NCBI GenBank assembly: GCA_046309355.1
Contig: JBKCPL010000023.1
Coordinates: forward strand, 7,024 to 71,023
Direction: 5' to 3'
Length of the DNA stretch: 64,000 bases
Origin: Bacteroidota bacterium
GTDB taxonomy: Bacteria > Bacteroidota > Bacteroidia > UKL13-3
Position numbers and translations under genes: made by a program. Under the pieces are notes generated by a model. It saw nothing but the letters and a program-made list of their open reading frames with translations. It made no database searches and had not been told where the DNA came from. Position 1 is the stretch's first letter, and every line of letters begins with the position of its first letter. Shown here piece by piece: positions 10,534 to 19,464 of this stretch.

Positions 10534-10567
10534 CAACCCTTATAAAAAAAGAAAGAAAAAAGGAAAT

Positions 10568-10786
10568 ATGTCGAAACAGTCGCTGATCAAACAAGATGGT
10601 GTGATAACAGAAGCACTATCTAATGCTATGTTCAGGGTACGGCTGGAAAACGGCCATGAAATCATTGCTCATATTTCCGGTAAAATGCGTATGAATTACA
10701 TCAAAATTTTACCGGGAGACAAGATTTCTGTAGAAATGTCGCCATATGACCTAACTAAAGGCAGAATTATTTACAGATACAAGTAA
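10568..10786 (+). CDS. infA: Translation initiation factor IF-1
   Basis: 72 aa, ...[38 protein letters not shown] canonical. Confidence 0.97.
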   Translation: MSKQSLIKQDGVITEALSNAMFRVRLENGHEIIAHISGKMRMNYIKILPGDKISVEMSPYDLTKGRIIYRYK

Positions 10787-10793
10787 CACAAAA

Positions 10794-10910
10794 ATGAAAA
10801 TAAGAGCATCTGTTAAGAAACGCAGTGAAGACTGTAAAATCGTTAAACGTAACGGTAAAGTGTACGTTATTAACAAAAAGAACCCAAAGTTTAAACAACG
10901 TCAAGGATAA
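10794..10910 (+). CDS. rpmJ: 50S ribosomal protein L36 (bL36), Cys-poor form
   Basis: Not in the ORF track (38 aa). My translation: [38 protein letters not shown]. Confidence 0.92.
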   Translation: MKIRASVKKRSEDCKIVKRNGKVYVINKKNPKFKQRQG

Positions 10911-10916
10911 AAAATT

Positions 10917-11294
10917 ATGGCTCGTATATCAGGCATTGACCTACCCAGAAACAAAAGAGGCGAAATTGGATTAACCTACATTTTCGGAATTGGCCGTTCA
11001 ACAGCCCAGCACATCTTAATGGAATGTGGCATTGATCTTGGCAAAAAAGTGCAGGATTGGAATGATGAAGAATTGAATAAGATCCGTAAATTCATTACCG
11101 ATAATATTACGGTTGAAGGCGAATTGCGTTCAGAAAAGCAATTGAATATTAAACGCTTGATGGATATTGGTTCATACCGTGGACTAAGACACCGTAAAGG
11201 GTTACCTGTACGCGGACAACGTACCCGCACTAACTCACGCACCCGTAAAGGAAAACGCAAAACCGTTGCTGGCAAGAAAAAAGTTACCAAATAA
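10917..11294 (+). CDS. rpsM: 30S ribosomal protein S13 (uS13)
   Basis: 125 aa, [14 protein letters not shown] canonical. Confidence 0.97.
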   Translation: MARISGIDLPRNKRGEIGLTYIFGIGRSTAQHILMECGIDLGKKVQDWNDEELNKIRKFITDNITVEGELRSEKQLNIKRLMDIGSYRGLRHRKGLPVRGQRTRTNSRTRKGKRKTVAGKKKVTK

Positions 11295-11316
11295 TCATTA
11301 GCAAATAAGACATATC

Positions 11317-11715
11317 ATGGCAGCTAATACACCCGGAAAAAAAACATCGAAAAAACGTAATGTAGCCGTTGAATCACACGGTCAGGCTCATATTCAAGCT
11401 ACGTTTAATAATATTATCATTTCTCTGACCAACTCTACCGGACAGGTTATTTCATGGGCATCAGCCGGAAAAATGGGTTTCAGAGGTTCAAAGAAAAACA
11501 CTCCCTATGCAGCACAAATGGCAGCACAAGAATGTGCTAAAGTGGCTGTTGATTTAGGGTTAAAAAAGATAGATGTATTCATCAAAGGACCAGGTTCGGG
11601 TCGTGATTCAGCTGTTCGTACGCTGGCTGCCGCAGGACTTGAAGTTTTATCCATACGCGATACCACGCCAATGCCCCACAACGGTTGTCGCCCACCTAAA
11701 AGCAGACGCGTTTAA
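11317..11715 (+). CDS. rpsK: 30S ribosomal protein S11 (uS11)
   Basis: 132 aa, [18 protein letters not shown]...[13 protein letters not shown]. Confidence 0.97.
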   Translation: MAANTPGKKTSKKRNVAVESHGQAHIQATFNNIIISLTNSTGQVISWASAGKMGFRGSKKNTPYAAQMAAQECAKVAVDLGLKKIDVFIKGPGSGRDSAVRTLAAAGLEVLSIRDTTPMPHNGCRPPKSRRV

Positions 11716-11744
11716 TTTATTCATTCAGTATACAGACTAATTTT

Positions 11745-12353
11745 ATGGCAAGATATATAGGACCTAAAACCAAAATAGCAAGACGTTTCAAAGAGCCAAT
11801 CTTTGGACCCGATAAAGTACTTGAACGTAGAAATTTCCCTCCAGGACAGCATGGTCAGTCGCGTAAACGTGCAAAACTTACTGAATACGCTGTTCAGCTT
11901 TATGAAAAACAAAAAGCGAAATATACCTACGGAGTACTTGAACGTCAATTCTACAAAACCTTTGAAGAAGCCGCCCGTAAAAAAGGTATTACCGGTGAAA
12001 ATTTATTGAAATTGCTCGAAGCACGTTTAGATAACACTGTACACCGTTTGGGGATTGCCCCTACTCGTGCTGCAGCACGTCAACTGGTTTCGCACAGACA
12101 CATAACAGTAAACGGTAAAGTGGTTAATATTTCTTCGTTTACATTAAGACCCGGAGATGTTGTTGGTGTTCGTGAAAAATCAAAAACACTTGAATCAATA
12201 TCTGAATCGCTGAACCACAGTAACTCTAAAAAATTCAACTGGCTAAACTGGGATGAAAAATCAATGACGGGAACATTTCTGGCATTGCCTGAGAGAGATC
12301 AGATTCCTGAAAATATCAAGGAACAGTTAATCGTTGAATTGTACTCAAAATAA
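11745..12353 (+). CDS. rpsD: 30S ribosomal protein S4 (uS4)
   Basis: 202 aa, [15 protein letters not shown] canonical. Confidence 0.97.
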   Translation: MARYIGPKTKIARRFKEPIFGPDKVLERRNFPPGQHGQSRKRAKLTEYAVQLYEKQKAKYTYGVLERQFYKTFEEAARKKGITGENLLKLLEARLDNTVHRLGIAPTRAAARQLVSHRHITVNGKVVNISSFTLRPGDVVGVREKSKTLESISESLNHSNSKKFNWLNWDEKSMTGTFLALPERDQIPENIKEQLIVELYSK

Positions 12354-12381
12354 TTTTAAAAATATTAATCAATTACACCAC

Positions 12382-13374
12382 ATGGCCATACTTGCTTTTC
12401 AAAAACCGGATAAAGTAATCATGCATAAAGAAACTGACTTTTTTGGTCAGTTTGAATTCCGTCCACTTGAAAAAGGATACGGAGTGACAATCGGCAATGC
12501 ATTACGTAGAATTCTGCTGTCATCATTGGAAGGTTACGCTATTACTTCTGTTAAAATCACCGGGGTTGATCATGAATTCTCTACAATTAAAGGTGTGATA
12601 GAAGATGTGGTAGAAATTGTATTGAATTTGAAACAAGTTCGATTCAAGCGCATAGTTGACGGCATTGATAACGAAAAGATATTTATTAACGTTAAAGGTC
12701 AAGAGCAGTTTACTGCCGGAGACATAAACAAACACACCAACACCTTCAAGGTGTTAAATACGGATTTAGTCATTTGCAACCTGGACCCTAAAACATCTAT
12801 AGAAATGGAAATTACTGTAGATAAAGGAAGAGGTTATGTACCTGCAGATGAAAATAAACCAAAAGATGCAGTTGTTGGCCTTATTCCTACAGATGCTATC
12901 TTCACCCCTATCAAAAACGTTAAGTACAGTGTAGAAGACTACCGAGTTGAACAAAAAACCGATTACGAAAAATTGGTTATTGAAATATCTACTGATGGTT
13001 CTATTCATCCGGAAGATGCACTTAAGGAGGCTGCAAAAATTTTGATTCAGCACTTTATGTTATTCTCTGATGAGTTGATAACGTTGGATACACAGGTAAA
13101 AGAATTGCCAACTGAAGTAGACGAGAACGTGTTGCACATACGTAAAATATTAAAAACTCCCCTCTCCGATCTGGATTTATCAGTGCGTGCATACAACTGC
13201 CTCAAGGCAGCTGATATCAAGACCTTAGGCGATTTAGTGAAATTTGATATCGGAGACCTTCTTAAGTTCCGCAACTTTGGTAAAAAATCACTATCGGAAT
13301 TGGAAGAATTAGTAAGAGATAAAGGTTTAACATTCGGCATGGATATTATGAAGTATCTATCGAGCGAAGAATAA
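12382..13374 (+). CDS. rpoA: DNA-directed RNA polymerase subunit alpha
   Basis: Track ORF starts at 12334 inside rpsD. I prefer the ATG at 12382 ([12 protein letters not shown]...), giving 330 aa; [15 protein letters not shown] and a C-terminal [14 protein letters not shown] HhH motif. Confidence 0.93.
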   Translation: MAILAFQKPDKVIMHKETDFFGQFEFRPLEKGYGVTIGNALRRILLSSLEGYAITSVKITGVDHEFSTIKGVIEDVVEIVLNLKQVRFKRIVDGIDNEKIFINVKGQEQFTAGDINKHTNTFKVLNTDLVICNLDPKTSIEMEITVDKGRGYVPADENKPKDAVVGLIPTDAIFTPIKNVKYSVEDYRVEQKTDYEKLVIEISTDGSIHPEDALKEAAKILIQHFMLFSDELITLDTQVKELPTEVDENVLHIRKILKTPLSDLDLSVRAYNCLKAADIKTLGDLVKFDIGDLLKFRNFGKKSLSELEELVRDKGLTFGMDIMKYLSSEE

Positions 13375-13397
13375 TAACGAATTAACGATACAGTAAG

Positions 13398-13880
13398 ATG
13401 AGACACGGAAGAACAGTAAATCATTTAGGAAGAACAGCCTCGCACCGCAAGGCACTGATGAGCAACATGGCATCGTCACTGATTCTGCACAAACGTATAA
13501 CCACTACAGTGGCTAAAGCAAAAGAACTGAAGAAGTATGTTGAGCCAATGATTACAAAAGCGAAAGATGATTCGACAAACTCCCGCAGAGTAGTATTTAG
13601 TTACCTGCAGAATAAAGATGCCGTAAAAGAACTTTTTGGCTCTGTATCACAAAAGGTAGGTACACGTCCGGGAGGCTACACCCGAATTCTTAAACTGGCT
13701 AATCGCAAAGGCGATAACGCTGAAATGGCCATCATGGAATTGGTAGACTTCAACGAAGCAATGTTAAGCGAGAAGAGTTCTAAATCGGCCGGACGCACAC
13801 GCAGAGGTCGTAAAACAGCTACTAAAAAAGAAACCGCGCCTGCAGTTGATAACACTGAAGCCGCAGATAAAAGCGAATAA
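13398..13880 (+). CDS. rplQ: 50S ribosomal protein L17 (bL17) with C-terminal extension
   Basis: 160 aa, [25 protein letters not shown] canonical. Confidence 0.96.
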   Translation: MRHGRTVNHLGRTASHRKALMSNMASSLILHKRITTTVAKAKELKKYVEPMITKAKDDSTNSRRVVFSYLQNKDAVKELFGSVSQKVGTRPGGYTRILKLANRKGDNAEMAIMELVDFNEAMLSEKSSKSAGRTRRGRKTATKKETAPAVDNTEAADKSE

Positions 13881-13900
13881 AACTTCAAATCTAATTGTAT

Positions 13901-13927
13901 AAAGCCCCTAACGGGGCTTTTTTTTTC
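13901..13927 (+). terminator. Rho-independent terminator ending the ribosomal-protein/rpoA cluster
   Basis: AAAGCCCC-TAAC-GGGGCTTT hairpin followed by a T-run (13918-13927). Confidence 0.8.
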
Positions 13928-13930
13928 ACT

Positions 13931-14506
13931 ATGCTGCTACACGAAAATACACTGATATCGGAAGACGTATTTGAAAAGCACTTTATATGTGACTTGAGCA
14001 AATGCAAAGGCGCCTGCTGTGTGGAAGGAGATTATGGTGCGCCACTTCAAGAAGATGAGATAAAAGTGATCGAATCGGAACTGGAGTCCATTATTCCGTA
14101 CCTGACTGAAAAATCGGTTCAGGGAATTGCAGCAAAAGGAATATGGGAGTACGATAAAGATGGAGATGTTGTAACCACCTGCCTGCCCACCGGTGAATGT
14201 CACTTTGCTATTCGCAATTCAGATGGAATTCTTGGTTGTGGTATTGAAAAAGCATGGAATGAAGGGAAATGTACCATACAAAAACCCATTTCATGTCACC
14301 TCTATCCTATCCGCATTTCGAAGGTAGGCGAATATGATGCACTAAATTATAACCGCTGGGAAATATGCAAACCTGCTTGTAAGTTGGGCGATAAGCATAA
14401 AGTAACGGTATTCGACTTCCTAAAGCCGGCATTGATTAGAAAATACGGTAGCGAATGGTATAACGAAGTAATGACATTGTGGAATGAATTCCGTTTGAAA
14501 CGCTGA
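13931..14506 (+). CDS. DUF3109 family Cys-rich protein
   Basis: Track start 13895 lies inside the rplQ terminator, so I prefer the ATG at 13931 (MLLHENTLISEDVF...). CKGACCVEGDYGAP and later conserved Cys residues match my memory of DUF3109. Confidence 0.7.
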   Translation: MLLHENTLISEDVFEKHFICDLSKCKGACCVEGDYGAPLQEDEIKVIESELESIIPYLTEKSVQGIAAKGIWEYDKDGDVVTTCLPTGECHFAIRNSDGILGCGIEKAWNEGKCTIQKPISCHLYPIRISKVGEYDALNYNRWEICKPACKLGDKHKVTVFDFLKPALIRKYGSEWYNEVMTLWNEFRLKR

Positions 14507-14598
14507 CATATCCTATGGCATTAGGTAAATATTATGATTCTGTTATCGTTTTTTTGAATTAATATTGCGGTAATTAGGTTCAAATAAATACTACACTT

Positions 14599-15078
14599 AT
14601 GAAAAGTTTACGTCTTGTTGTTTTATCTGTTTTCGCATTCAGCATTCTTTCATTTAGTCCTAAAAACGATGAGCTAAAATGGTACGGATTTAATGAAGGC
14701 TATCAACTGGCGAAGAAGAAAAATAAAATAATGTTGGTTGATGTATATACCGATTGGTGTGGATGGTGCAAACGAATGGATCGTGACACCTATGCCAAGG
14801 CAGATATTATTGCCAGTATAAACAAAGACTATGTTCCTATTAAATTTAATCCTGAAATTACCGGTGTAGTATATACCTACGGAGGGAAAGAGTACACAAA
14901 TGGACAGGAACTGGCTCAAGTAATCAGTCAAAATCAAATTACCGGATATCCTACTACCATATTTATCTATCCAAAAGAAAATAAGACGAATGTGCTGGCC
15001 GGTTATTTCACAGCCGTTCAATTTAAGCCGATATTAGATAAGGTAGTAACTGACTTTATCCCGGCCAAAAAGAAATAG
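14599..15078 (+). CDS. Secreted thioredoxin-fold protein
   Basis: 159 aa, N-terminal signal peptide, WCGWC redox motif. Confidence 0.75.
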   Translation: MKSLRLVVLSVFAFSILSFSPKNDELKWYGFNEGYQLAKKKNKIMLVDVYTDWCGWCKRMDRDTYAKADIIASINKDYVPIKFNPEITGVVYTYGGKEYTNGQELAQVISQNQITGYPTTIFIYPKENKTNVLAGYFTAVQFKPILDKVVTDFIPAKKK

Positions 15079-15123
15079 TCCGACACGGCATCGAGTAAAG
15101 GGATTAAACAGCCCCTAAATTTA

Positions 15124-16344
15124 TTAATCCGCTTTAACGACTATTCCGGGCTTTATACGCGATACAAAGCGTGAAGGAATGAGTAGTACTAAAATGCAGA
15201 CGGTAACAGCACCAGCGTTTATCCATACAATATCTGTTACATGCATCTCTATCGGAACATACGACAGGTAATATGCATCCTGAGATAAAGTAAACCATTT
15301 GAATGTATTTTGCGTGTAGCACAACAGCACTCCTGCTGCATTTCCTATGAGCAACCCAAGGATAAGCATGTAAGCAGAGAGATAAAGAAAAACGGACGAG
15401 ATAAATCGATTTGTACTTCCCAATGATTTAAGAATACCAATCATCATCGTGCGTTCTACAATCAATATAAGCAGGGCGGTAATCATATTTATGCACGCTA
15501 CTATTACCATTAAACCGATAATGACAACTACATTTAAATCAAGTAGACTAAGCCATTCAAACAGTTGCGGGTGAAGGTCACGTATAGTAAGCATCTCGAC
15601 AGAGTAGGGCAGATAATTGTAGATAGCAGCGGCCGATTCAAGTATATCTGCATCGCGTTGAAGTACTATTTCATACCCGGTAATAGCCTGAGGTACCCAA
15701 TTGTTGAGCTTTTGAACAACAGCCAAATCTACAAATGCGTAGGTTTCATCCAACTCATCAAATCCCGTATTAAAGATCCCTGATATGGTAAATTTACGTG
15801 CACGGGGCGGATCCTGAACAAAGTAAATAATGAATGCATCACCGCACTTCAGCTTTAGTTTGTTGGCCACACGCTCAGAAATCAATACCTGATTGGAGGA
15901 CTGAGTTGGCGAAGATTTAGGGTGAGCTCCTTTTACCAAATGCTGATTTATAAAACTCCAGTCATACTTACCAGGCTCAACTCCTTTAAGAACTATTCCA
16001 TGGAATTCTTCTTCGGTTTTTATGATACCCGCTTTGATACCGAATCGTTGTATGCGGTTAACACTCTTCTCTCGAGCAATAAATCTCTCCATAACGGTAT
16101 CTATAGCAATAGCAGTTGTTTGATACGAGTTATTCAAATCGAGCCTTGAGAGTTGTATATGCGCACTAAAACCGGTTATTTTGTTACGTATTTCGTGTTG
16201 ATATCCTTTAACAACGGCTACAGAAACAATCATCACAGCAATGCTTATAGAAACGGCTGCTATGGCAATTCGTACAATAAGTTTTGACGACCCTGATTGG
16301 GCACCTGCAGCCAAACGCTTTGCTATAAATAATGAAATCTTCAA
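15124..16344 (-). CDS. FtsX-like ABC transporter permease (LolC/E family)
   Basis: 406 aa, (TTG)KISLFIAKRLAAG start typical of LolE-like permeases; one N-terminal TM helix, a large periplasmic loop, then three C-terminal TM helices. Confidence 0.8.
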   Translation of the reverse strand: MKISLFIAKRLAAGAQSGSSKLIVRIAIAAVSISIAVMIVSVAVVKGYQHEIRNKITGFSAHIQLSRLDLNNSYQTTAIAIDTVMERFIAREKSVNRIQRFGIKAGIIKTEEEFHGIVLKGVEPGKYDWSFINQHLVKGAHPKSSPTQSSNQVLISERVANKLKLKCGDAFIIYFVQDPPRARKFTISGIFNTGFDELDETYAFVDLAVVQKLNNWVPQAITGYEIVLQRDADILESAAAIYNYLPYSVEMLTIRDLHPQLFEWLSLLDLNVVVIIGLMVIVACINMITALLILIVERTMMIGILKSLGSTNRFISSVFLYLSAYMLILGLLIGNAAGVLLCYTQNTFKWFTLSQDAYYLSYVPIEMHVTDIVWINAGAVTVCILVLLIPSRFVSRIKPGIVVKAD

Positions 16345-17546
16345 CTAATTTTCTGCGGATATTATGGTCCGAATATAAAAAGCAATCATTGATTTTTGCG
16401 CTATTATTCCTTAGCAGCAGTTTGTATGCCCAGCTTTTATGCGGTGCTGATCAGCCTGAACAGTATTTACCACGCTTAAAGAACAAAAAAGTAGCTGTCG
16501 TGGTAAACCAAACTTCCTGCTTGCATCACGATACAACTATTCATCTAGTCGATTTTCTAATCAAAAATAAAATAAACATTCGCTGCATTTTTGCTCCCGA
16601 GCATGGCTTTCGGGGCAATTATGAAGCCGGTGCTGCTGTTAAGAATGACACAGATACAAAAACCGGAATTGCAGTACTTTCCTTGTACGGTAAAAATAAA
16701 AAGCCCACAGCCGCACAATTATCCGGCATTGATGTAGTGCTTTTTGATATTCAAGATGTGGGTGTTAGATTTTATACTTATATATCAACATTGCATTACG
16801 TCATGGAGGCGTGTGCTGAACAAAATAAACCTCTGATTATACTTGACAGGCCAAACCCAAATGGATTTTATGTGGACGGACCGGTATTGGAATCGCGTTT
16901 TGCTTCATTTGTTGGCATGCACCCTGTGCCGGTGGTTCACGGCATGACCATTGGAGAATATGCACGAATGATTAATGGAGAGAAATGGCTAAAAAATAAA
17001 TTGATGTGTGCCTTACATATTGTACGGGTAAAAAACTACACACATTCATATAGGTATACGTTGCCGGTTGCTCCATCACCCAACTTGCGAACTATGACTG
17101 CTATTTATCTGTATCCAACATTATGCTTTTTGGAAGGTACCAGCTATAGTCTTGGGCGCGGAACAGATTGGCCCTTTGAATGTGCCGGAAAACCCGGATT
17201 AAAGTATGGAAATTTTGAATTTACACCCGTGCCGTTAAAAGGCGTTGCAGATAATCCACCCTACGCCAATACACCCTGTCGCGGAATTCGTTACAGCGAG
17301 CTAATAGACTCAACATTTTTCACAAAACCTCGACTACTGCTAAATGTATTGCTACAACTTTATACCCGAGATAATGATACAGCTTCCTTCTTCACACCTT
17401 TTTTTGACAAGCTGGCAGGCAACAACACATTCAGACAACAACTTTCAATCGGTATTGATGAACTCACTATTCGAGGCAGCTGGGCAAGCGGATTGAGTCA
17501 GTATATGAAGACGCGTAAAAAGTATTTAATTTACAGTGATAAATGA
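16332..17546 (+). CDS. DUF1343 family protein (NamZ-like exo-muramidase family)
   Basis: 404 aa, signal peptide, VAVVVNQTS...FAPEHGFRG...LDRPNP motifs recalled for DUF1343. Confidence 0.75.
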   Translation: MKSSTNFLRILWSEYKKQSLIFALLFLSSSLYAQLLCGADQPEQYLPRLKNKKVAVVVNQTSCLHHDTTIHLVDFLIKNKINIRCIFAPEHGFRGNYEAGAAVKNDTDTKTGIAVLSLYGKNKKPTAAQLSGIDVVLFDIQDVGVRFYTYISTLHYVMEACAEQNKPLIILDRPNPNGFYVDGPVLESRFASFVGMHPVPVVHGMTIGEYARMINGEKWLKNKLMCALHIVRVKNYTHSYRYTLPVAPSPNLRTMTAIYLYPTLCFLEGTSYSLGRGTDWPFECAGKPGLKYGNFEFTPVPLKGVADNPPYANTPCRGIRYSELIDSTFFTKPRLLLNVLLQLYTRDNDTASFFTPFFDKLAGNNTFRQQLSIGIDELTIRGSWASGLSQYMKTRKKYLIYSDK

Positions 17547-18196
17547 TACGTCAAATACAGATACTGTTACTTAAAGAAATGACTTATGAATGGCGGCAGA
17601 AGTATGCTATAAACGGCATATTGCTTCAGGTTGTTGCCATGATTTTTGTTGTTTTCCTAACCTTAAAAATAGTTAATGCACCCACCTGGAATGCCGTATT
17701 CTGGATTCTTTTGGTATTCAGTTCTGTAAATGCCATAGCCAAAAGTTTTATCGCGGAAAGCAAGGGCAGCCACCTATACAACTATGGACTATTGAAACCC
17801 AGAGTAATGCTTTTATCCAGACTTATTTACAATGCCCTGCTCATGTGTGTGATTATTACAATTACTCTTTTAGTATACTGGCTCCTTATGGGTCAGCATG
17901 CGCAACACATTTGGACCTATCTGCTTTGTGTGATTTTGGGAGGAATAGGGTTCTCATCCATTTTCACCATGATATCGGCCATTTCATCAAAGGCAAATAA
18001 CAGCCATACGGTAATGACCATTTTAAGCTTTCCATTACTTATCCCTATGATTATGGTAGCTAGCAAGGCAGGTAAAAAGGCTGTTGATGGGCTAGATTTC
18101 GCATTGATTTTACCCGACCTTGCAGTTCTGTGTTCATTAATCGTTCTGGTAGTCGTGCTGGCATTGCTATTATTTCCATTTCTTTGGCGCGATTGA
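17543..18196 (+). CDS. CcmB-like (heme exporter protein B family) membrane permease
   Basis: 217 aa, about 6 TM helices; overall layout and ILSFPLLIPMIMV segment resemble CcmB; ATGA overlap with the upstream gene. Confidence 0.55.
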   Translation: MIRQIQILLLKEMTYEWRQKYAINGILLQVVAMIFVVFLTLKIVNAPTWNAVFWILLVFSSVNAIAKSFIAESKGSHLYNYGLLKPRVMLLSRLIYNALLMCVIITITLLVYWLLMGQHAQHIWTYLLCVILGGIGFSSIFTMISAISSKANNSHTVMTILSFPLLIPMIMVASKAGKKAVDGLDFALILPDLAVLCSLIVLVVVLALLLFPFLWRD

Positions 18197-18210
18197 GAGG
18201 TACTGAACAT

Positions 18211-19137
18211 ATGGATAAACTACGAATTTTATTTTTTGGCACTCCCGATTTTGCTGTCGCATCGCTTGAAAAATTAGTAACCAACGGCATGAACATAGTG
18301 GCTGTAGTAACAGCACCCGACAGGCCTGCAGGCAGGGGTTTGCACATAATGGAATCGCCTGTAAAGCGTTTCGCATTAAAGCATAATTTGCCTGTACTAC
18401 AACCTACCAACCTGAAAAACTCAGATTTTATTGAGCAGTTGCGATCATTCAATGCCGATGTACAAGTGGTTATTGCCTTCCGAATGCTGCCTGAAATAGT
18501 ATGGAACATGCCTCGTTTAGGAACTATAAACCTGCATGCATCACTTTTGCCCCAATACAGAGGAGCTGCTCCTATAAACTGGGCGATTATAAACGGGGAA
18601 AAAACTACCGGAGTTACTACCTTTAAACTTAAACACGAGGTTGACACAGGAAATATTCTTGAACAAAAACAAATTCATATTGACGCAGATGATGATGCGG
18701 GTACTCTGCACGACAGGCTTATGCGAGAGGGAGCTAGTTTAATGTTGGATACCATTCAGCATATTCAAAACGGAGAGTATAAGGAAACTCCACAACCAAC
18801 ATCCGAGCATATTCGCTTTGCCCCAAAAATTCATACCGAAGATTGTATCATAGACTGGCATCATTCAGGAACGGACATTGTCAATAGAATACGAGGTCTT
18901 AGTCCTTATCCTGGGGCTGTAACCCGAATCAAGTCAAAGCTTTTTAAGCTATATAAGGCAAAATTTAACCCTCAAAACGTTGTTGACTCCCAAATTGGAA
19001 CTATATTGGCACAAAATAATAGCCTCTTTATAGTGTGTAAAGATGGCCTCGTAGAAATTTTGCAATTGCAGATGGAGGGAAAAAAACGCATGGAAACAGG
19101 CGAATTTTTAAGAGGTCACAAACAACTTATACCCTAA
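18211..19137 (+). CDS. fmt: Methionyl-tRNA formyltransferase
   Basis: Track start 18130 overlaps the previous gene; I prefer the ATG at 18211 (MDKLRILFFGTPDFAV...). NLHASLLPQYRGAAPINWAIINGE motif. Confidence 0.93.
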   Translation: MDKLRILFFGTPDFAVASLEKLVTNGMNIVAVVTAPDRPAGRGLHIMESPVKRFALKHNLPVLQPTNLKNSDFIEQLRSFNADVQVVIAFRMLPEIVWNMPRLGTINLHASLLPQYRGAAPINWAIINGEKTTGVTTFKLKHEVDTGNILEQKQIHIDADDDAGTLHDRLMREGASLMLDTIQHIQNGEYKETPQPTSEHIRFAPKIHTEDCIIDWHHSGTDIVNRIRGLSPYPGAVTRIKSKLFKLYKAKFNPQNVVDSQIGTILAQNNSLFIVCKDGLVEILQLQMEGKKRMETGEFLRGHKQLIP

Positions 19138-19180
19138 TTCGGCTATTTATACCTGTAATCACACACGAAGTAAAAGTTGA

Positions 19181-19212
19181 TTTGATATATTAAATTTATT
19201 AATCTACTTTCG
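19181..19212 (+). promoter_or_regulatory. Possible promoter for the XrtF module (-33 TTTG / -7-like TACTTTCG)
   Basis: TTTG at 19181-19184, a 20-nt spacer, then TACTTTCG at 19205-19212 (one mismatch to TAnnTTTG). Confidence 0.3.
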
Positions 19213-19231
19213 TGCAATCAAGAAATAAATA

Positions 19232-19414
19232 ATGAAAAAACTGTTTCTACTCATAGTTTGTTTATTTACCTTACAGCTTGTCAAGTCGCAGCCTGACACC
19301 CCTCCGGGCGATTTTATTGACACTGACCCCGAGCTACCGGTTGATGGTGCTGTGGGACTTTTACTGGCTGCCGGATTAGGATATGGAGTAAAGAAGCTCA
19401 GAAATAAAAAATAA
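19232..19414 (+). CDS. 60-aa secreted mini-protein with a PEP-CTERM-like C-terminal sorting signal (candidate XrtF cargo)
   Basis: MKKLFLLIVCLFTLQLVKS|QPDTPPGDFIDTDPELPVDG-AVGLLLAAGLGYGV-KKLRNKK. The parts are a signal peptide, an acidic/Pro-rich linker, a P-V-D-G motif, a Gly/Ala-rich TM helix and a basic tail. Confidence 0.6.
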   Translation: MKKLFLLIVCLFTLQLVKSQPDTPPGDFIDTDPELPVDGAVGLLLAAGLGYGVKKLRNKK

Positions 19415-19434
19415 TTATCAACATCTTATATTTG

Positions 19435-19464
19435 AAAGGAAGTTTTTTAAAACTTCCTTTTTTT
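19435..19464 (+). terminator. Intrinsic terminator/attenuator between the mini-protein gene and xrtF
   Basis: AAAGGAAGTT-TTTTAA-AACTTCCTTT, a 10-bp perfect stem, then a T-run ending one base before the xrtF ATG (19465). Confidence 0.65.

Noticed and set aside
10794-10910. L36 lacks the usual zinc-ribbon Cys/His ligands (only one Cys)
   Set aside because: As far as I recall, the Cys-poor L36 form is the normal one in Bacteroidota. It is not a paralogue switch and not novel.
12334-12381. N-terminal extension of rpoA in the ORF track. Analogous extensions occur for fmt (18130-18210), EVE (24036-24098), pyrR (24514-24549), gatB (35920-35997), recA (57325-57429) and DUF349 (61785-61868)
   Set aside because: The extensions overlap upstream genes, terminators or -7 boxes, and they precede Met residues that give canonical N-termini. 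The shorter starts are preferred.
18060-18647. 195-aa ORF on the - strand
   Set aside because: It lies entirely antisense to the well-supported fmt gene (and the CcmB-like 3' end). There is no recognisable motif, so it is a typical shadow ORF.
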